From Oscillospiraceae bacterium (GTDB lineage: Bacteria; Bacillota; Clostridia; Oscillospirales; CAG-272): DNA of 64,000 nt. The DNA lies in the NCBI GenBank assembly GCA_015064355.1, contig SVSJ01000011.1:596-64595 (forward strand). The letters run 5' to 3'. Below the pieces are notes generated by a model. It had not been told where the DNA came from and ran no database searches. It saw only the letters and a program-made list of their open reading frames with translations. Positions 9,252 to 18,359 of this stretch are shown one piece after another. The translations under genes were made by a program, and so were the position numbers. The first letter of the stretch is position 1, and each line of letters starts with the position of its first letter.

Positions 9252-9766
9252 CCGTGGTTTTTATTCTGATCAGAATTAGCTTTTTGAAGCTTTCTTTTTT
9301 CGTTTTTCACATATTTGTAAAGCCGTTCTATTTCGGCAAGCTTTTTGGCGGCTTCGGCCTCTGTTTCCCTGGCTTCTTTCTTTGCCTCGGCAATTATTGC
9401 CTTTGCCTTTTCCCGGCTTGAATTTTCACGCTCTTTGCAAAGACGAGTTGTTTCGGCAAGCATAGCCTTTGCTCTTTTCAAGCACTCTTCTTCAAAGCGT
9501 TTTTTCAGAGCTTCTTGATTATCATTGAACTTCTTGATGTTGTAGAGATATTGCTCTGCTGCATTTTCGGCAGCCTCAAAAACGCCGTTGAGCTTTAGGG
9601 CAGCCTCAGCGATCGAACCTGCTTCCGACTTGATTACAAGTCTGCTTTTCAGTTTTTCGTTTGCCTCGTGAAGCTGCCTCTGCAACTCCTCCGATTTCTC
9701 GGTAAGCTGCAAGAGAAGCTCAAGAAGCTGTTTCCTGCTTAATCGTCTTAAATCTCTGTCGTTCAT
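9248..9766 (-). CDS. Coiled-coil protein of unknown function, first gene of the pilus operon
   Basis: 172 aa, Lys/Glu/Ala-rich with heptad-like sequence (KQLLELLLQLTEKSEELQRQLHEANEKLK...). No TM or signal peptide. Its stop overlaps the signal peptidase start (ATGA). Confidence 0.5.
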   Translation of the reverse strand: MNDRDLRRLSRKQLLELLLQLTEKSEELQRQLHEANEKLKSRLVIKSEAGSIAEAALKLNGVFEAAENAAEQYLYNIKKFNDNQEALKKRFEEECLKRAKAMLAETTRLCKERENSSREKAKAIIAEAKKEARETEAEAAKKLAEIERLYKYVKNEKRKLQKANSDQNKNHG

Positions 9767-10072
9767 TGTTCCACTTCATCACTAAATAATCGAAATAAAG
9801 GCCTTTGTTATGCCGAATAAACGCTCATTTTATGCATTTGCCTATCAGCAAAATGATATAATTTGACTTATATGTTCTATTTTATCACTAACCCCACACA
9901 TTGTCAACATTATTACTAAAACTATTATGTATTTTTTGTGAAAAATTAATAATATTTGTTAACACAAAAACTAATTTGGAACTATGCCTGAAAAACCAAA
10001 ATTTTACTCTAAAAAAGCGTGTTTCTCACAAAATTACGTCAGCTTTGCGTCTTCAGAAATGCAATTTTAAGG

Positions 10073-10101
10073 TTGAAATACAAAAAGCTTTATGATATAA
10101 T
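10073..10101 (+). promoter_or_regulatory. Sigma-A-type promoter for the SGNH hydrolase gene
   Basis: TTGAAA (10073-10078), a 17-nt spacer ending in TGA, then TATAAT (10096-10101), giving an extended -10 TGATATAAT. It lies about 50 nt upstream of the AGGAGG + ATG at 10154. Confidence 0.55.
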
Positions 10102-10153
10102 GATTCAGTAAAAACATTTACGAATATCCCGTTCCACATAGGAGGAAAACAAA

Positions 10154-11413
10154 ATGAAAGAAAGCTTAAAAACATTTGCCGGAGACTCTTTTTTCACCCC
10201 GGGTGGAAAGCTTGATGTTTCTTCTACCGAGCCGCTGACGGTAGCATTCATAGGCGGTTCCCTCACAGAAGGGGAAGTGGACTATGAAGGAACTTCATTA
10301 TCCAACCCCAACTTGAAGTGGGCAAACGTCCTTGTAGGTTTCCTTTCAGGGCTATTCCCTTTCCGCCCCATCAAAGCTGTAAATGCCGGCCTTGGCGGAA
10401 CAGGCAGCCAATACGGTGCTGCCCGTTTTTCTCGTAATGTGCTTTCATATAATCCTGATCTTATCTTCATCGAATTCTCCTGCAACGATTCCCCCATGCT
10501 TGAGGAAGAATGCAACGAAGACGGAAAGAATGACAGGCAGATCTGGCTTGAAAGTATGATCCGTCAATGCATGGCGGCTGACAAAGTTCCTGCTGTTGTA
10601 TACGTACACGTTCCGGTTCCTTATGAAGAGAGTATTATGCGCCTTTTCAGAAAAGGTTGCCAGTTCAAGCAGGAGGTGCTGGATCATTACGAGATCGGCA
10701 CCATTGATGCAATGGCAGACGTAATGCATGAGTTTGAAACACTGCGCAGTTCTGACCCCACCTGGACACGGGAACGTTTCCTCAGTCAGTACTACGAGCA
10801 GTATGCTGACGGCACGTTCAACGTTCATCCCTTCGGAAGCGGTTATATGCTCTTCGCAATGTCCATCATAAACGCACTGACCAGAGATCCCGAGCGTTAT
10901 TTGCGTCCTTTCAAAATGCAGCCCGAGCCTTATTGCAAGGCATTCGACAGAGAGGTTAACCTGAGATATTCCAATATTCCCGCAGCTTCAGACCGAATCA
11001 CCTACCAAGGAAATTGGACCCTCTACACGTCGGAAGCTCCATTTATAACTGACAACCCTGGAGCAACGATCAATGCAGACAGATATACTCTGCCACACCA
11101 GTTCCCGGAAGGAATAATGCAGACTGAGATGCCCACGGGCGCATCCTTCTCCTTTGAAACCGAGGCTGACAGGATCTGTATGCCACACATATCTGCAAAA
11201 GCAGGACTCGATGCCAAGGTTTACGCAAACGGTCAACCCGTCGGCGTTACCACTTGCAGCTCTCCCTGGCACGGTATGAACTACACAGGCCCGTGGATCG
11301 ATCTGCCCAAGGGAAAGAAGCAGATCAAGTTCGAGATCGCAAACGCAACTGAAGACGCAACAGTCTTCCGCTTCGGATACATAATCGAAGCCTTTGAGAA
11401 AGATAATATTTAA
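10154..11413 (+). CDS. SGNH/GDSL-family hydrolase with a C-terminal beta-sandwich (CBM-like) domain, no signal peptide
   Basis: Block I VAFIGGSLTEGE, block II NAGLGGTGS, block III IFIEFSCNDS. The C-terminal ~140 aa are rich in beta-strand pattern. Confidence 0.7.
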   Translation: MKESLKTFAGDSFFTPGGKLDVSSTEPLTVAFIGGSLTEGEVDYEGTSLSNPNLKWANVLVGFLSGLFPFRPIKAVNAGLGGTGSQYGAARFSRNVLSYNPDLIFIEFSCNDSPMLEEECNEDGKNDRQIWLESMIRQCMAADKVPAVVYVHVPVPYEESIMRLFRKGCQFKQEVLDHYEIGTIDAMADVMHEFETLRSSDPTWTRERFLSQYYEQYADGTFNVHPFGSGYMLFAMSIINALTRDPERYLRPFKMQPEPYCKAFDREVNLRYSNIPAASDRITYQGNWTLYTSEAPFITDNPGATINADRYTLPHQFPEGIMQTEMPTGASFSFETEADRICMPHISAKAGLDAKVYANGQPVGVTTCSSPWHGMNYTGPWIDLPKGKKQIKFEIANATEDATVFRFGYIIEAFEKDNI

Positions 11414-11415
11414 AA

Positions 11416-11775
11416 CAAATATCCACTCGCATAGCGGGTGGTTTTTCATTTTCGGGCATAGCCCTATCTAAACTGGCTGCGTACAAGTACGCTGTTTTTG
11501 GACCTGTCAGTCATGCATTTTTTACTTGCTACCCGTAAACGGGCTGCTTTCTAAGCCTTCCTCCGGGAGGAAGGTGGCAGACGTAGTCTGACGGAAGGAG
11601 CAGGCGTTACTTTAGGTTTGGATTATTTTTATTGTTCCGCACTCTCCCTCAGTCACCTACGGTGACAGCTCCCTCCCGGATGGAGCCTTTTTCTGTCCAA
11701 ATTTGCTCGTCAATTTTCTGCTTACCGGCAATATCCCCCTCTGAACCACGCGACTATCCCGTGGTTTTCGTGATA
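11416..11775 (-). mobile_element. tnpA-deleted relic of the IS200-type element found intact at 26.6-27.3 kb
   Basis: The left end (11423-11465) matches 26596-26640: hairpin + TTTTT + gggcatagccct. Coordinates 11522-11551 match the last ~10 tnpA codons plus stop (ttacttgct.cccgt.aacgggctg). The right end 11743-11781 matches 27262-27300 (gaaccacgcgactatc.cgtggttttc..catacaacaaaa). No transposase ORF lies in between. Confidence 0.5.
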
Positions 11776-11784
11776 CAACAAAAA

Positions 11785-11811
11785 GCGGAAGATCAAACTT
11801 CCGCTTTTTTT
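11785..11811 (-). terminator. Bidirectional rho-independent terminator after beta-helix paralogue 1
   Basis: Hairpin gcggaag-atcaaa-cttccgc, flanked by an A-run and a T-run. Confidence 0.6.
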
Positions 11812-11847
11812 GTTGTATTCAGTTTACTCAGCTAACTTCTCAATCTG

Positions 11848-13701
11848 TTAAGATTTTGGCAAGTATTCCATAACTATATTGGAGTCTGAGATTTCCCATT
11901 CTGTGTCCGGGTAATCTCCTTCATTGAAGGAAAGGTAAGTGGGCTTTCCGGATTTTGTTCTGACGTTATTTGCGACAACCTTCTCGCAGAGAATGTAAGG
12001 CGAAACGTCTCCAATCGGTTCATCCTTAACGTAGTAGCAGAGAATACGAGGTCCTCCGTAGTTTTCGGGAGCTTCGTCATCGATAATGTAAAGGCCGTCT
12101 ATATACACGTTATGGGGCTGATAACAGGTGTATCCGAAATCGTGTGAACTGTCGTTTCGTGCGTAAATAACTGCAGGGGCGCTGCTATTGTAATGCCAGG
12201 TTACGTTTTCGACATAAATGTCACCGTCCCACGTTGCACCGTAGTCTGCACGAAGTATGAAAAGACAGTCATTGTAAACGGTTGAGTCTTTCAGAATGAA
12301 GTCTCCGTGGCCGATAAGGTTGACGCCATTTGTACCGATAATGGAGTTTTCAATAGTGCAGTTTGTTACACCCATATGTGAGTCGTAACGGTTGAGTCGG
12401 CAATTCTTAACCACAAAGTCCTTGCAGAAATTGGTGTTCATAATTCCCCATATGCTCTCGTCGAGAATATCGTTTGTCTGAACTACGTTATCCAGAGTTG
12501 TGTTTGCGCTGTAGTTGATCTGCATAGCATAAGTTCCCATTGTCCCGCCAAATGAATTGTACGCATCAAGCTGGAGATTTTTGAGATTTACGTATGCGGT
12601 TTCAATAACCATAAGGAATCCCATGTAAGGAGAACCAACGTCCCCTTCTTCAGCAACTTTCATTGTGAGATTCTGTACAGTAGTATTGGAACGAATGATC
12701 TTAATGTTACGGGAGAAATAGGACTGGCTGTCGTGACGGTTGACCATATGAAGGAATGTGCCGCCTTCAATTACGAGAGGCTCGCCAATTCTCTTAGCAG
12801 TCGTCTTTGTTATCTCGTCAAAGTTCCATATGATGTCGGAAAGAATGTTACCCTCTGCGTCAACAATAAACGTGTCAGACATTGCTGTGCTGGCGTCGTA
12901 ATCAACGTAGCGGCGGAAGTACTGACGAATGTTATCGTTTTCAACGGTAACAAGGAGCTTTTCTCCGGGAGCAAAGCCTAATTTCTTCTGTCCCTTTTTG
13001 AGGGTATCAATTTCAAAATCATCTACGTACTCGTCTCCGTCAACAAGGAAGAGTGTGTTAATATCACTCCTCCAGGGAATGAGGCTCCTGTCATCAATAA
13101 TAAAGGTAGCCCCGGTCCAGGTGGTATTCGTGCGAATTATTGCACACTTGTCGGATTCACCAATATAGTAAGTAGCTCCCTCGTCAGCAAAAACGGGAAG
13201 TCCCTGCTCGTTTGCATAAGCGTGAGCGGCAACGATAGCGTCATAGTCATCTGTTACGCCGTCACCTACTGCACCAAAATCGGAATAGCGAACGCAATTC
13301 ACCTCAGGCTCGGGCGCTTCTGTCGCAGGTGCTTCTGTTACAGGTGCTTCTGTTGTGGGAGCTTCTGTTACAGGCGCTTCTGTTGCAGGTGCTTCTGTTA
13401 CAGGCGCTTCTGTTACAGGCGCTTCTGTTGTGGGAGCTTCTGTTACAGGCGCTTCTGTCGCGGGCGCTTCTGTTGCAGGCGCTTCTGTCGCGGGCGCTTC
13501 TGTTGCAGGTGCTTCTGTTGCAGGTGCCTCTGTCGCGGGCGCTTCTGTTGCAGGTGCTTCTGTCGCGGGCGCTTCTGTCGCGGGCGCTTCTGTCTCAACT
13601 ACAGTATCGGTTGGGTTTGCCGGGTCTTCATCGTAATTCTGCTCACCCACACATGCTGTCAGCATAAGTGCGGCAAGGAGAATCGCAATTAACTTTTTCA
13701 T
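11848..13701 (-). CDS. Beta-helix (pectate-lyase-fold) surface protein, paralogue 1: lipoprotein with TEAPx linker
   Basis: ATG at 13701 behind GGAGG (the ORF-track start at 13719 is rejected). Lipobox LTAC, then 19x TEAP(A/V/T). The core starts CVRYSDFGAVGDGVTDDYDAIVAAHAYANEQGLPVF. It has beta-helix-like N/I/V-rich turns (NIKIIRSNTTVQNLTM, VVKNCRLNRYDSHMGVTNCTIENS). Confidence 0.7.
   Translation of the reverse strand: MKKLIAILLAALMLTACVGEQNYDEDPANPTDTVVETEAPATEAPATEAPATEAPATEAPATEAPATEAPATEAPATEAPATEAPVTEAPTTEAPVTEAPVTEAPATEAPVTEAPTTEAPVTEAPATEAPEPEVNCVRYSDFGAVGDGVTDDYDAIVAAHAYANEQGLPVFADEGATYYIGESDKCAIIRTNTTWTGATFIIDDRSLIPWRSDINTLFLVDGDEYVDDFEIDTLKKGQKKLGFAPGEKLLVTVENDNIRQYFRRYVDYDASTAMSDTFIVDAEGNILSDIIWNFDEITKTTAKRIGEPLVIEGGTFLHMVNRHDSQSYFSRNIKIIRSNTTVQNLTMKVAEEGDVGSPYMGFLMVIETAYVNLKNLQLDAYNSFGGTMGTYAMQINYSANTTLDNVVQTNDILDESIWGIMNTNFCKDFVVKNCRLNRYDSHMGVTNCTIENSIIGTNGVNLIGHGDFILKDSTVYNDCLFILRADYGATWDGDIYVENVTWHYNSSAPAVIYARNDSSHDFGYTCYQPHNVYIDGLYIIDDEAPENYGGPRILCYYVKDEPIGDVSPYILCEKVVANNVRTKSGKPTYLSFNEGDYPDTEWEISDSNIVMEYLPKS
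13311..13596 (-). repeat. 19 tandem 15-bp units encoding TEAP(A/V/T)
   Basis: Direct reading. The units are in frame in paralogue 1. Confidence 0.9.
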
Positions 13702-13741
13702 AATTCCTCCAAAAAACATAAACTAAAAATGATTCGCAAAT

Positions 13742-13770
13742 ATTATAACTCAATTTTTAGACTTTTTCAA
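13742..13770 (-). promoter_or_regulatory. Sigma-A-type promoter of paralogue 1
   Basis: On the minus strand: TTGAAA (13770-13765), 17 nt, TATAAT (13747-13742). The same architecture sits upstream of paralogues 3 and 4. Confidence 0.6.
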
Positions 13771-13809
13771 GGGTTAAAGGAATTACAAAGCTTTATTACT
13801 GCAACAAAA

Positions 13810-13840
13810 GCGGAAGTTTTACCTCCCGCTTTGTTTTGTT
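13810..13840 (-). terminator. Terminator after paralogue 2
   Basis: Imperfect hairpin gcggaag-tttta-cctcccgc with flanking A/T runs. Confidence 0.5.
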
Positions 13841-13872
13841 GTATTGGTTTTTGTCTGTCTACCGCCAAGCCA

Positions 13873-15999
13873 TTATGGACGAGGCAAGAATTCTCTGACG
13901 ATATTAGAGTCAACAATCTCCCATATTACGTCGGGATAATGGTCTGCATTAAAGGAAAGGCAGCCGGGGATTCCCGATTCTGACCAAACGTTTTTGGCAA
14001 CGACCCTCTCGCAAAGAACGTATGGGTACGATGCTCCGTCATTTTCCGCCAAGCTATAGTAGCTAAGGAGGCGAAGCCCGTTGTATTTCTCGGGGACGTC
14101 ATCGTTTTCAATTACGTGCAGTCCGTCTATATACACGTTGTGAGGCTGGTAGCAGGTATATCCGTAATTATGTGTACCGGTGTTACGCGCGTAAATAACC
14201 GAAGGACAGCTGCTGGAATGATACCAGTCAACGTTTTCGATATATACGTCACCGTCCCAGCTTGCACCGTAATCTGCGCGGAGAGATATGAGAATATCAT
14301 TATGTACGGCTGAATTTCTCAAAACAAAATCCCCGTGACCGATAAGGTTAATGCCGTGGTAGCCTATTACAGAATCCTCAATGGTGCAGTTTGTAATGCC
14401 CATGTGGGTGTCGAAGCGGTTGATTTTTGAGTTCTTGACCACAAAATCCTTGCAGAAGTTGGTACACATAATGCCCCACCTGGTGCGGTCGTGAATATCG
14501 TTTCCTTGAATCACGTTATCGAGGGTTATGTCAGCACAGTAGTTGAGCTGGAGGGCGTATGTACCGATATCACCCGAAAATGCATTATAGGCATCAAGGG
14601 TCAGGTTCTTGAGTTTTACGTGTGCAGTCTCGATGACGGTGATAAATCCCGAATAAGGAGACCCCGACTTACCCTCGTCGATGATCTTCATAGTTAGATT
14701 CTGCACGGTAGTATTGGAACGAATGATCTTGATGTTGCGGTAGAAATAAGCGCGGCTGGGATGACGGTTTACTTTACACAGGAAGGTTCCGCCGTCAATT
14801 ACGAGAGGCTTGTGTATCCTTTTAGCTTTGCAGGACGTGATCACATCAAAATCCCATATGATGTCAGAGAGAATGTTACCGTCTGCATCAACAATAAAGG
14901 TATCAGACATTGATGAGCCTTGGTTGGCGTTGTCGCCGCTTCTTATATACTGTTTGATATGCCTGTTCTCAATACTAACAAGGAGCTCTTCCCCCGGAGC
15001 GAAGCCCAGATGCTTCTGACCTTTCTCAAGGGAATCAATGTGAAAGCCTCTCACATATTCGTCTCCGTCAACAAGGAAAAGTATGTTGATCTTGCTTTGG
15101 TGAGGAACAAGGTTGCTGTCGTCTACAATAAACGTCGCACCTGTCCAGGTGGTGTTTGTGCGGATCACAGCACATTTACTTGATTCGCCGATATAGTATG
15201 TAGCTCCTTCGTCGGCAAAAACGGGAAGCCCACGTTCATTTGCATAAGCGTGAGTGGCAACGATGGCATCAAAGTCATCGGTAACGCCGTCACCAACTGC
15301 GCCAAAATCCGAATAGCGGACACAAGCCACATCCTCTCTTGAAACCATATCGCAGTAGCGCTTGAGCATTACAGCCACGTGAGAGCGGAGTGCTGCACCC
15401 AGAGGGTCAAGCCTGCCATCATTGTGGCCGATCATAATATCGTTTTTAACACACCAACCAAGTGCATCCCTTGCCCAAAAGCCTGCCTCATACTTATCCT
15501 CAAAATCAATGGGGGCTCCGTATGCCGGAATAAAATGTTTTTTTGATTGAGCGTATTTGTAAAGCACAGATGCAAGCTGTTCTCTTGTTACGCTTTCTTC
15601 CGGTGTAAAAATGTCACTTCCCGGGACAGACATAAAACCGGCATTTGCCGCCCAGGAAATAGCGGGGGCATACTTGCTGTTTGCGTCTACATCAGTAAAG
15701 GCGACTTTCGAGTCAGCTGCAGGCTTTCCCTCAAGGACCCAGAGGGCATAAGCGATCTCTTGCTTTGTGGCCTCGGATGTAGGATCAAAATTGTCCCCGT
15801 CCACACCCATCATGCCACCTTCAAGGCAAAAGTCGATTCCCTCATCGTACCATTCAGGCAAATTCTCTTCCTCCTCCGTGGAATCAGAGGGGGTGAGGAT
15901 TGGTTTTTCTTCATTTTTATTAGCTATAGCTCCGCTTACTATAAACACGATCAACAAAGCGGCCACTATAGCAATAATAAGTCCGATGATCTTTTTCAT
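13873..15999 (-). CDS. Beta-helix surface protein, paralogue 2: signal anchor + three SLH repeats
   Basis: ATG at 15999 (MKKIIGLIIAIV); the ORF-track start at 16059 would overlap the upstream gene. SLH-like FTDVDANSKYAPAISWAANAGFM...FTPEESVTREQLASVLYKYA plus two further repeats. The core starts CVRYSDFGAVGDGVTDDFDAIVATHAYANERGLPVF. Confidence 0.7.
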   Translation of the reverse strand: MKKIIGLIIAIVAALLIVFIVSGAIANKNEEKPILTPSDSTEEEENLPEWYDEGIDFCLEGGMMGVDGDNFDPTSEATKQEIAYALWVLEGKPAADSKVAFTDVDANSKYAPAISWAANAGFMSVPGSDIFTPEESVTREQLASVLYKYAQSKKHFIPAYGAPIDFEDKYEAGFWARDALGWCVKNDIMIGHNDGRLDPLGAALRSHVAVMLKRYCDMVSREDVACVRYSDFGAVGDGVTDDFDAIVATHAYANERGLPVFADEGATYYIGESSKCAVIRTNTTWTGATFIVDDSNLVPHQSKINILFLVDGDEYVRGFHIDSLEKGQKHLGFAPGEELLVSIENRHIKQYIRSGDNANQGSSMSDTFIVDADGNILSDIIWDFDVITSCKAKRIHKPLVIDGGTFLCKVNRHPSRAYFYRNIKIIRSNTTVQNLTMKIIDEGKSGSPYSGFITVIETAHVKLKNLTLDAYNAFSGDIGTYALQLNYCADITLDNVIQGNDIHDRTRWGIMCTNFCKDFVVKNSKINRFDTHMGITNCTIEDSVIGYHGINLIGHGDFVLRNSAVHNDILISLRADYGASWDGDVYIENVDWYHSSSCPSVIYARNTGTHNYGYTCYQPHNVYIDGLHVIENDDVPEKYNGLRLLSYYSLAENDGASYPYVLCERVVAKNVWSESGIPGCLSFNADHYPDVIWEIVDSNIVREFLPRP

Positions 16000-16019
16000 A
16001 ACCACTCCGATAATATTAA

Positions 16020-18188
16020 TTATGGGTCGCTTTCCATATAGCCTTCCTGCTCCAGCCATGCCTCTTGTTCGGGAATGGGCAGGAATTCTTCAACTATACC
16101 CGAATCCGAGATCTCCCATTTCACGTTGGGGTAATCCTTCTCAAAGAATGAAAGGTAAACGGGCTTTCCCGAATCTGTATAAACATTCTTCGCAACTACC
16201 CTTTCGCAAAGGATATACGGGGAAATCGTGCCATGCTTTCTCGCCAGACTGTAGTAGCTAAGGATTCGCGGGCCGTTATATTCGGGATCCTTGTTTTCAG
16301 TATCAACAATGCGAAGTCCGTCTATATACACGTTGTGAGGCATATAGCAGGTGTATCCGTAATCGTGAATACCGTTGTTTTCAACGCGGATGATCGAAGG
16401 GGCACGGCTTTCGGGATACCATTCCACGTTTTCGATATAAACGTCACCGTCCCAGGTGGAGCCGTAGTCTGAACGGAGGATTACGAGATTGTCCTGGTAT
16501 ACAGTGGAGTTTCTCAAAACGAATTTTCCGTGGCCGATTATGTTAACGCCGCTGCCGCCGATTGTGGAATTTTCAATGGTGCAATTTGCAACGCCCATGT
16601 GAGAATCGTAACGGTTGAGTCGGCAATTCTTCAAATAGAAGTCCTTGCAGAAGTTAGTGCACATTATACCCCATCTGTCGGTGTCGTGGATATCGTTTCC
16701 CTGCACTACGTTATCAAGAGTAATGTTCACACAGTAGTTGAGCTGCATGGCATATGTGCCGTAGCCGCCATTGAAGGGATTAAACGCATCGAGCTTCAGA
16801 TTCTCGAGCTTTACGTTTGCAGCGTTGGTTACAGTGATAAATCCCGCATAAGGAGAGCCGGTGTCGCCCTCGTCGATGATCTCCATAGTGAGATTACGGA
16901 TGGTGGTGTTGGAGCGGGAAACCTTGATATTACGGGAGAAATAGGAGTGACTTTGGTGACGGCTTACCATAATGTGGAAGGTACCACCCTCAATTACAAG
17001 GGGTTCAGCCAGTTTCTTTGCCCAGCACGACGAAATGTTGTCAAAGTTCCAGACTATATCAGTAAGGATGTTGCCCTCCGCATCAACGATGAAGGTGTCG
17101 GACATTGGTGTGCCGCTGTTTGCGTTTCGTCCGCTGCGGATGTAATGCGTAATTTTATTGTTTTCAACGGTAACAAGCAAATCTTCTCCGGGAGCAAAGC
17201 CTAAATGCTTTTGCCATTTTTTCAGGGAGGTGATCTCAGGAATGTTTACATACTGGTCGCCGGTGACCGAGAATAGTGTGTTGATACTGCTTCTGAAGGG
17301 GACAAGGTTTCTGTCGTCAATAATAAACGTCGCCCCGGTCCAGGTAGTGTTTGTGCGGATAGCCGCTGTACCACGCGCTTCGCCTATATAATATGTAGCA
17401 CCATCGTCAGCATAAACCGGGAGTCCGTGGGTGTTTGCGTAATTGTGAGCCATAACAATGGCGGAAAAGTCATCTGTAACCCCGTCACCAACAGCGCCGA
17501 AGTCGGAATAGCGGACGCAGATCGATTCGTTCATCAAGATCTGCTGGCAGTATCGCTGGAGCATTGCGGCAACGTGGGACCGGAGTGCTGTGCCCTGGGG
17601 ATCCAGCTTACCTCCACCCACGCCGTTCATAATTCCTTTTCTAACACACCAAGTAAGGGAGTCCCTCGCCCAAGTGCTGACTTTGTTATTGTCGGAAAAG
17701 TTAAGAGAGAATCCGTAAGCCGGGATATAAGACGGCTTTGTCTTTGCGAATCTGTAGAGCATAGTGGCAAGCTGCTCTCGGGTTACGTTGTCCTTTGGAG
17801 CAAAGGTGCCGTCTCCGTGACCTGTTACAACGTAAATGCTTGCCGCCCAGGAAATAGCCGGAGCGTATTTGCTGCTTTTGTCTACGTCGGTAAAGGTAAC
17901 TTCACGCTCTGCGGCGGGTTTTCCGGCAGCCACCCAAATTGCGTATACGATCTCCTCTCGTGTTGCCTCGGTATCGGGTTCAAACTTGTTGCCCTCCCCG
18001 ATCATCATACCCTCTTCAACACAAAAGTGGATACCGTCGTGATACCACCCTGATAAATTCAAGTCAGTGTAAAAGGCTGCCGGGCAGCCCGAATCTTTTT
18101 TACAATCGGCAACCGATGCGCCGTTTACAACAAGTACAAGGGATAAAAGGGTAACAACTGAAACAAGCAGTCCAATTAGCTTTTTCAT
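16020..18188 (-). CDS. Beta-helix surface protein, paralogue 3: signal peptide + three SLH repeats
   Basis: ATG at 18188 behind GGAGG. SLH-like FTDVDKSSKYAPAISWAASIYVVTGHGDGTFAPKDNVTREQLATMLYRFA. Same core as the other paralogues. It has a 17-aa C-terminal extension and ends 20 nt before the paralogue 2 start. Confidence 0.7.
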   Translation of the reverse strand: MKKLIGLLVSVVTLLSLVLVVNGASVADCKKDSGCPAAFYTDLNLSGWYHDGIHFCVEEGMMIGEGNKFEPDTEATREEIVYAIWVAAGKPAAEREVTFTDVDKSSKYAPAISWAASIYVVTGHGDGTFAPKDNVTREQLATMLYRFAKTKPSYIPAYGFSLNFSDNNKVSTWARDSLTWCVRKGIMNGVGGGKLDPQGTALRSHVAAMLQRYCQQILMNESICVRYSDFGAVGDGVTDDFSAIVMAHNYANTHGLPVYADDGATYYIGEARGTAAIRTNTTWTGATFIIDDRNLVPFRSSINTLFSVTGDQYVNIPEITSLKKWQKHLGFAPGEDLLVTVENNKITHYIRSGRNANSGTPMSDTFIVDAEGNILTDIVWNFDNISSCWAKKLAEPLVIEGGTFHIMVSRHQSHSYFSRNIKVSRSNTTIRNLTMEIIDEGDTGSPYAGFITVTNAANVKLENLKLDAFNPFNGGYGTYAMQLNYCVNITLDNVVQGNDIHDTDRWGIMCTNFCKDFYLKNCRLNRYDSHMGVANCTIENSTIGGSGVNIIGHGKFVLRNSTVYQDNLVILRSDYGSTWDGDVYIENVEWYPESRAPSIIRVENNGIHDYGYTCYMPHNVYIDGLRIVDTENKDPEYNGPRILSYYSLARKHGTISPYILCERVVAKNVYTDSGKPVYLSFFEKDYPNVKWEISDSGIVEEFLPIPEQEAWLEQEGYMESDP

Positions 18189-18234
18189 GATTCCTCCCAC
18201 AAATTATCACGCTTAATAGTAAACTATAACTATA

Positions 18235-18263
18235 TTATAGCTTTATTCAGCGTTATTTTCAAG
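18235..18263 (-). promoter_or_regulatory. Sigma-A-type promoter of paralogues 3+2
   Basis: On the minus strand: TTGAAA (18263-18258), 17 nt, TATAAT (18240-18235), followed by atagtt, as at paralogue 4. Confidence 0.6.
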
Positions 18264-18310
18264 GGGGGTATATACTATTGTGAAGAAAATTATTGACAGG
18301 ACAACAAAAA

Positions 18311-18340
18311 GCGAAGGTTTTATCCTCCGCTTTGTTTTTT
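18311..18340 (-). terminator. Terminator after paralogue 4
   Basis: Hairpin gcgaagg-ttttat-cctccgc flanked by A/T runs. Confidence 0.5.
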
Positions 18341-18359
18341 TATTTGGTTTATTCACAAG

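Noticed and set aside
1-9766. The pilus locus as part of a conjugative element or prophage
   Set aside because: The window contains no integrase, relaxase, coupling protein, VirB4-like or phage structural genes, and no flanking direct repeats were seen.
9901-9967. Imperfect inverted repeat TGT(C/T)AACA..TTATTA in the divergent pilus/SGNH intergenic region, as an inverton or operator
   Set aside because: The arms are short and imperfect, lie in very AT-rich DNA and are only ~30 nt apart. No recombinase gene is nearby, so the evidence is insufficient.
13222-13692. Plus-strand Cys/Arg/Phe-rich and GASV-repeat ORFs
   Set aside because: They are antisense shadows of the TEAPx 15-bp repeat.
15999-16059. 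The ORF-track starts that make paralogue 2 overlap paralogue 3 (16059), and the extended starts at 13719, 18200, 22398, 37295, 41318, 27162, 57706, 49881 and 44626
   Set aside because: Internal ATG/GTG codons preceded by GGAGG/AAGGAG at 5-10 nt give proper signal peptides or conserved N-termini. The upstream extensions use weak or alternative starts without an RBS.
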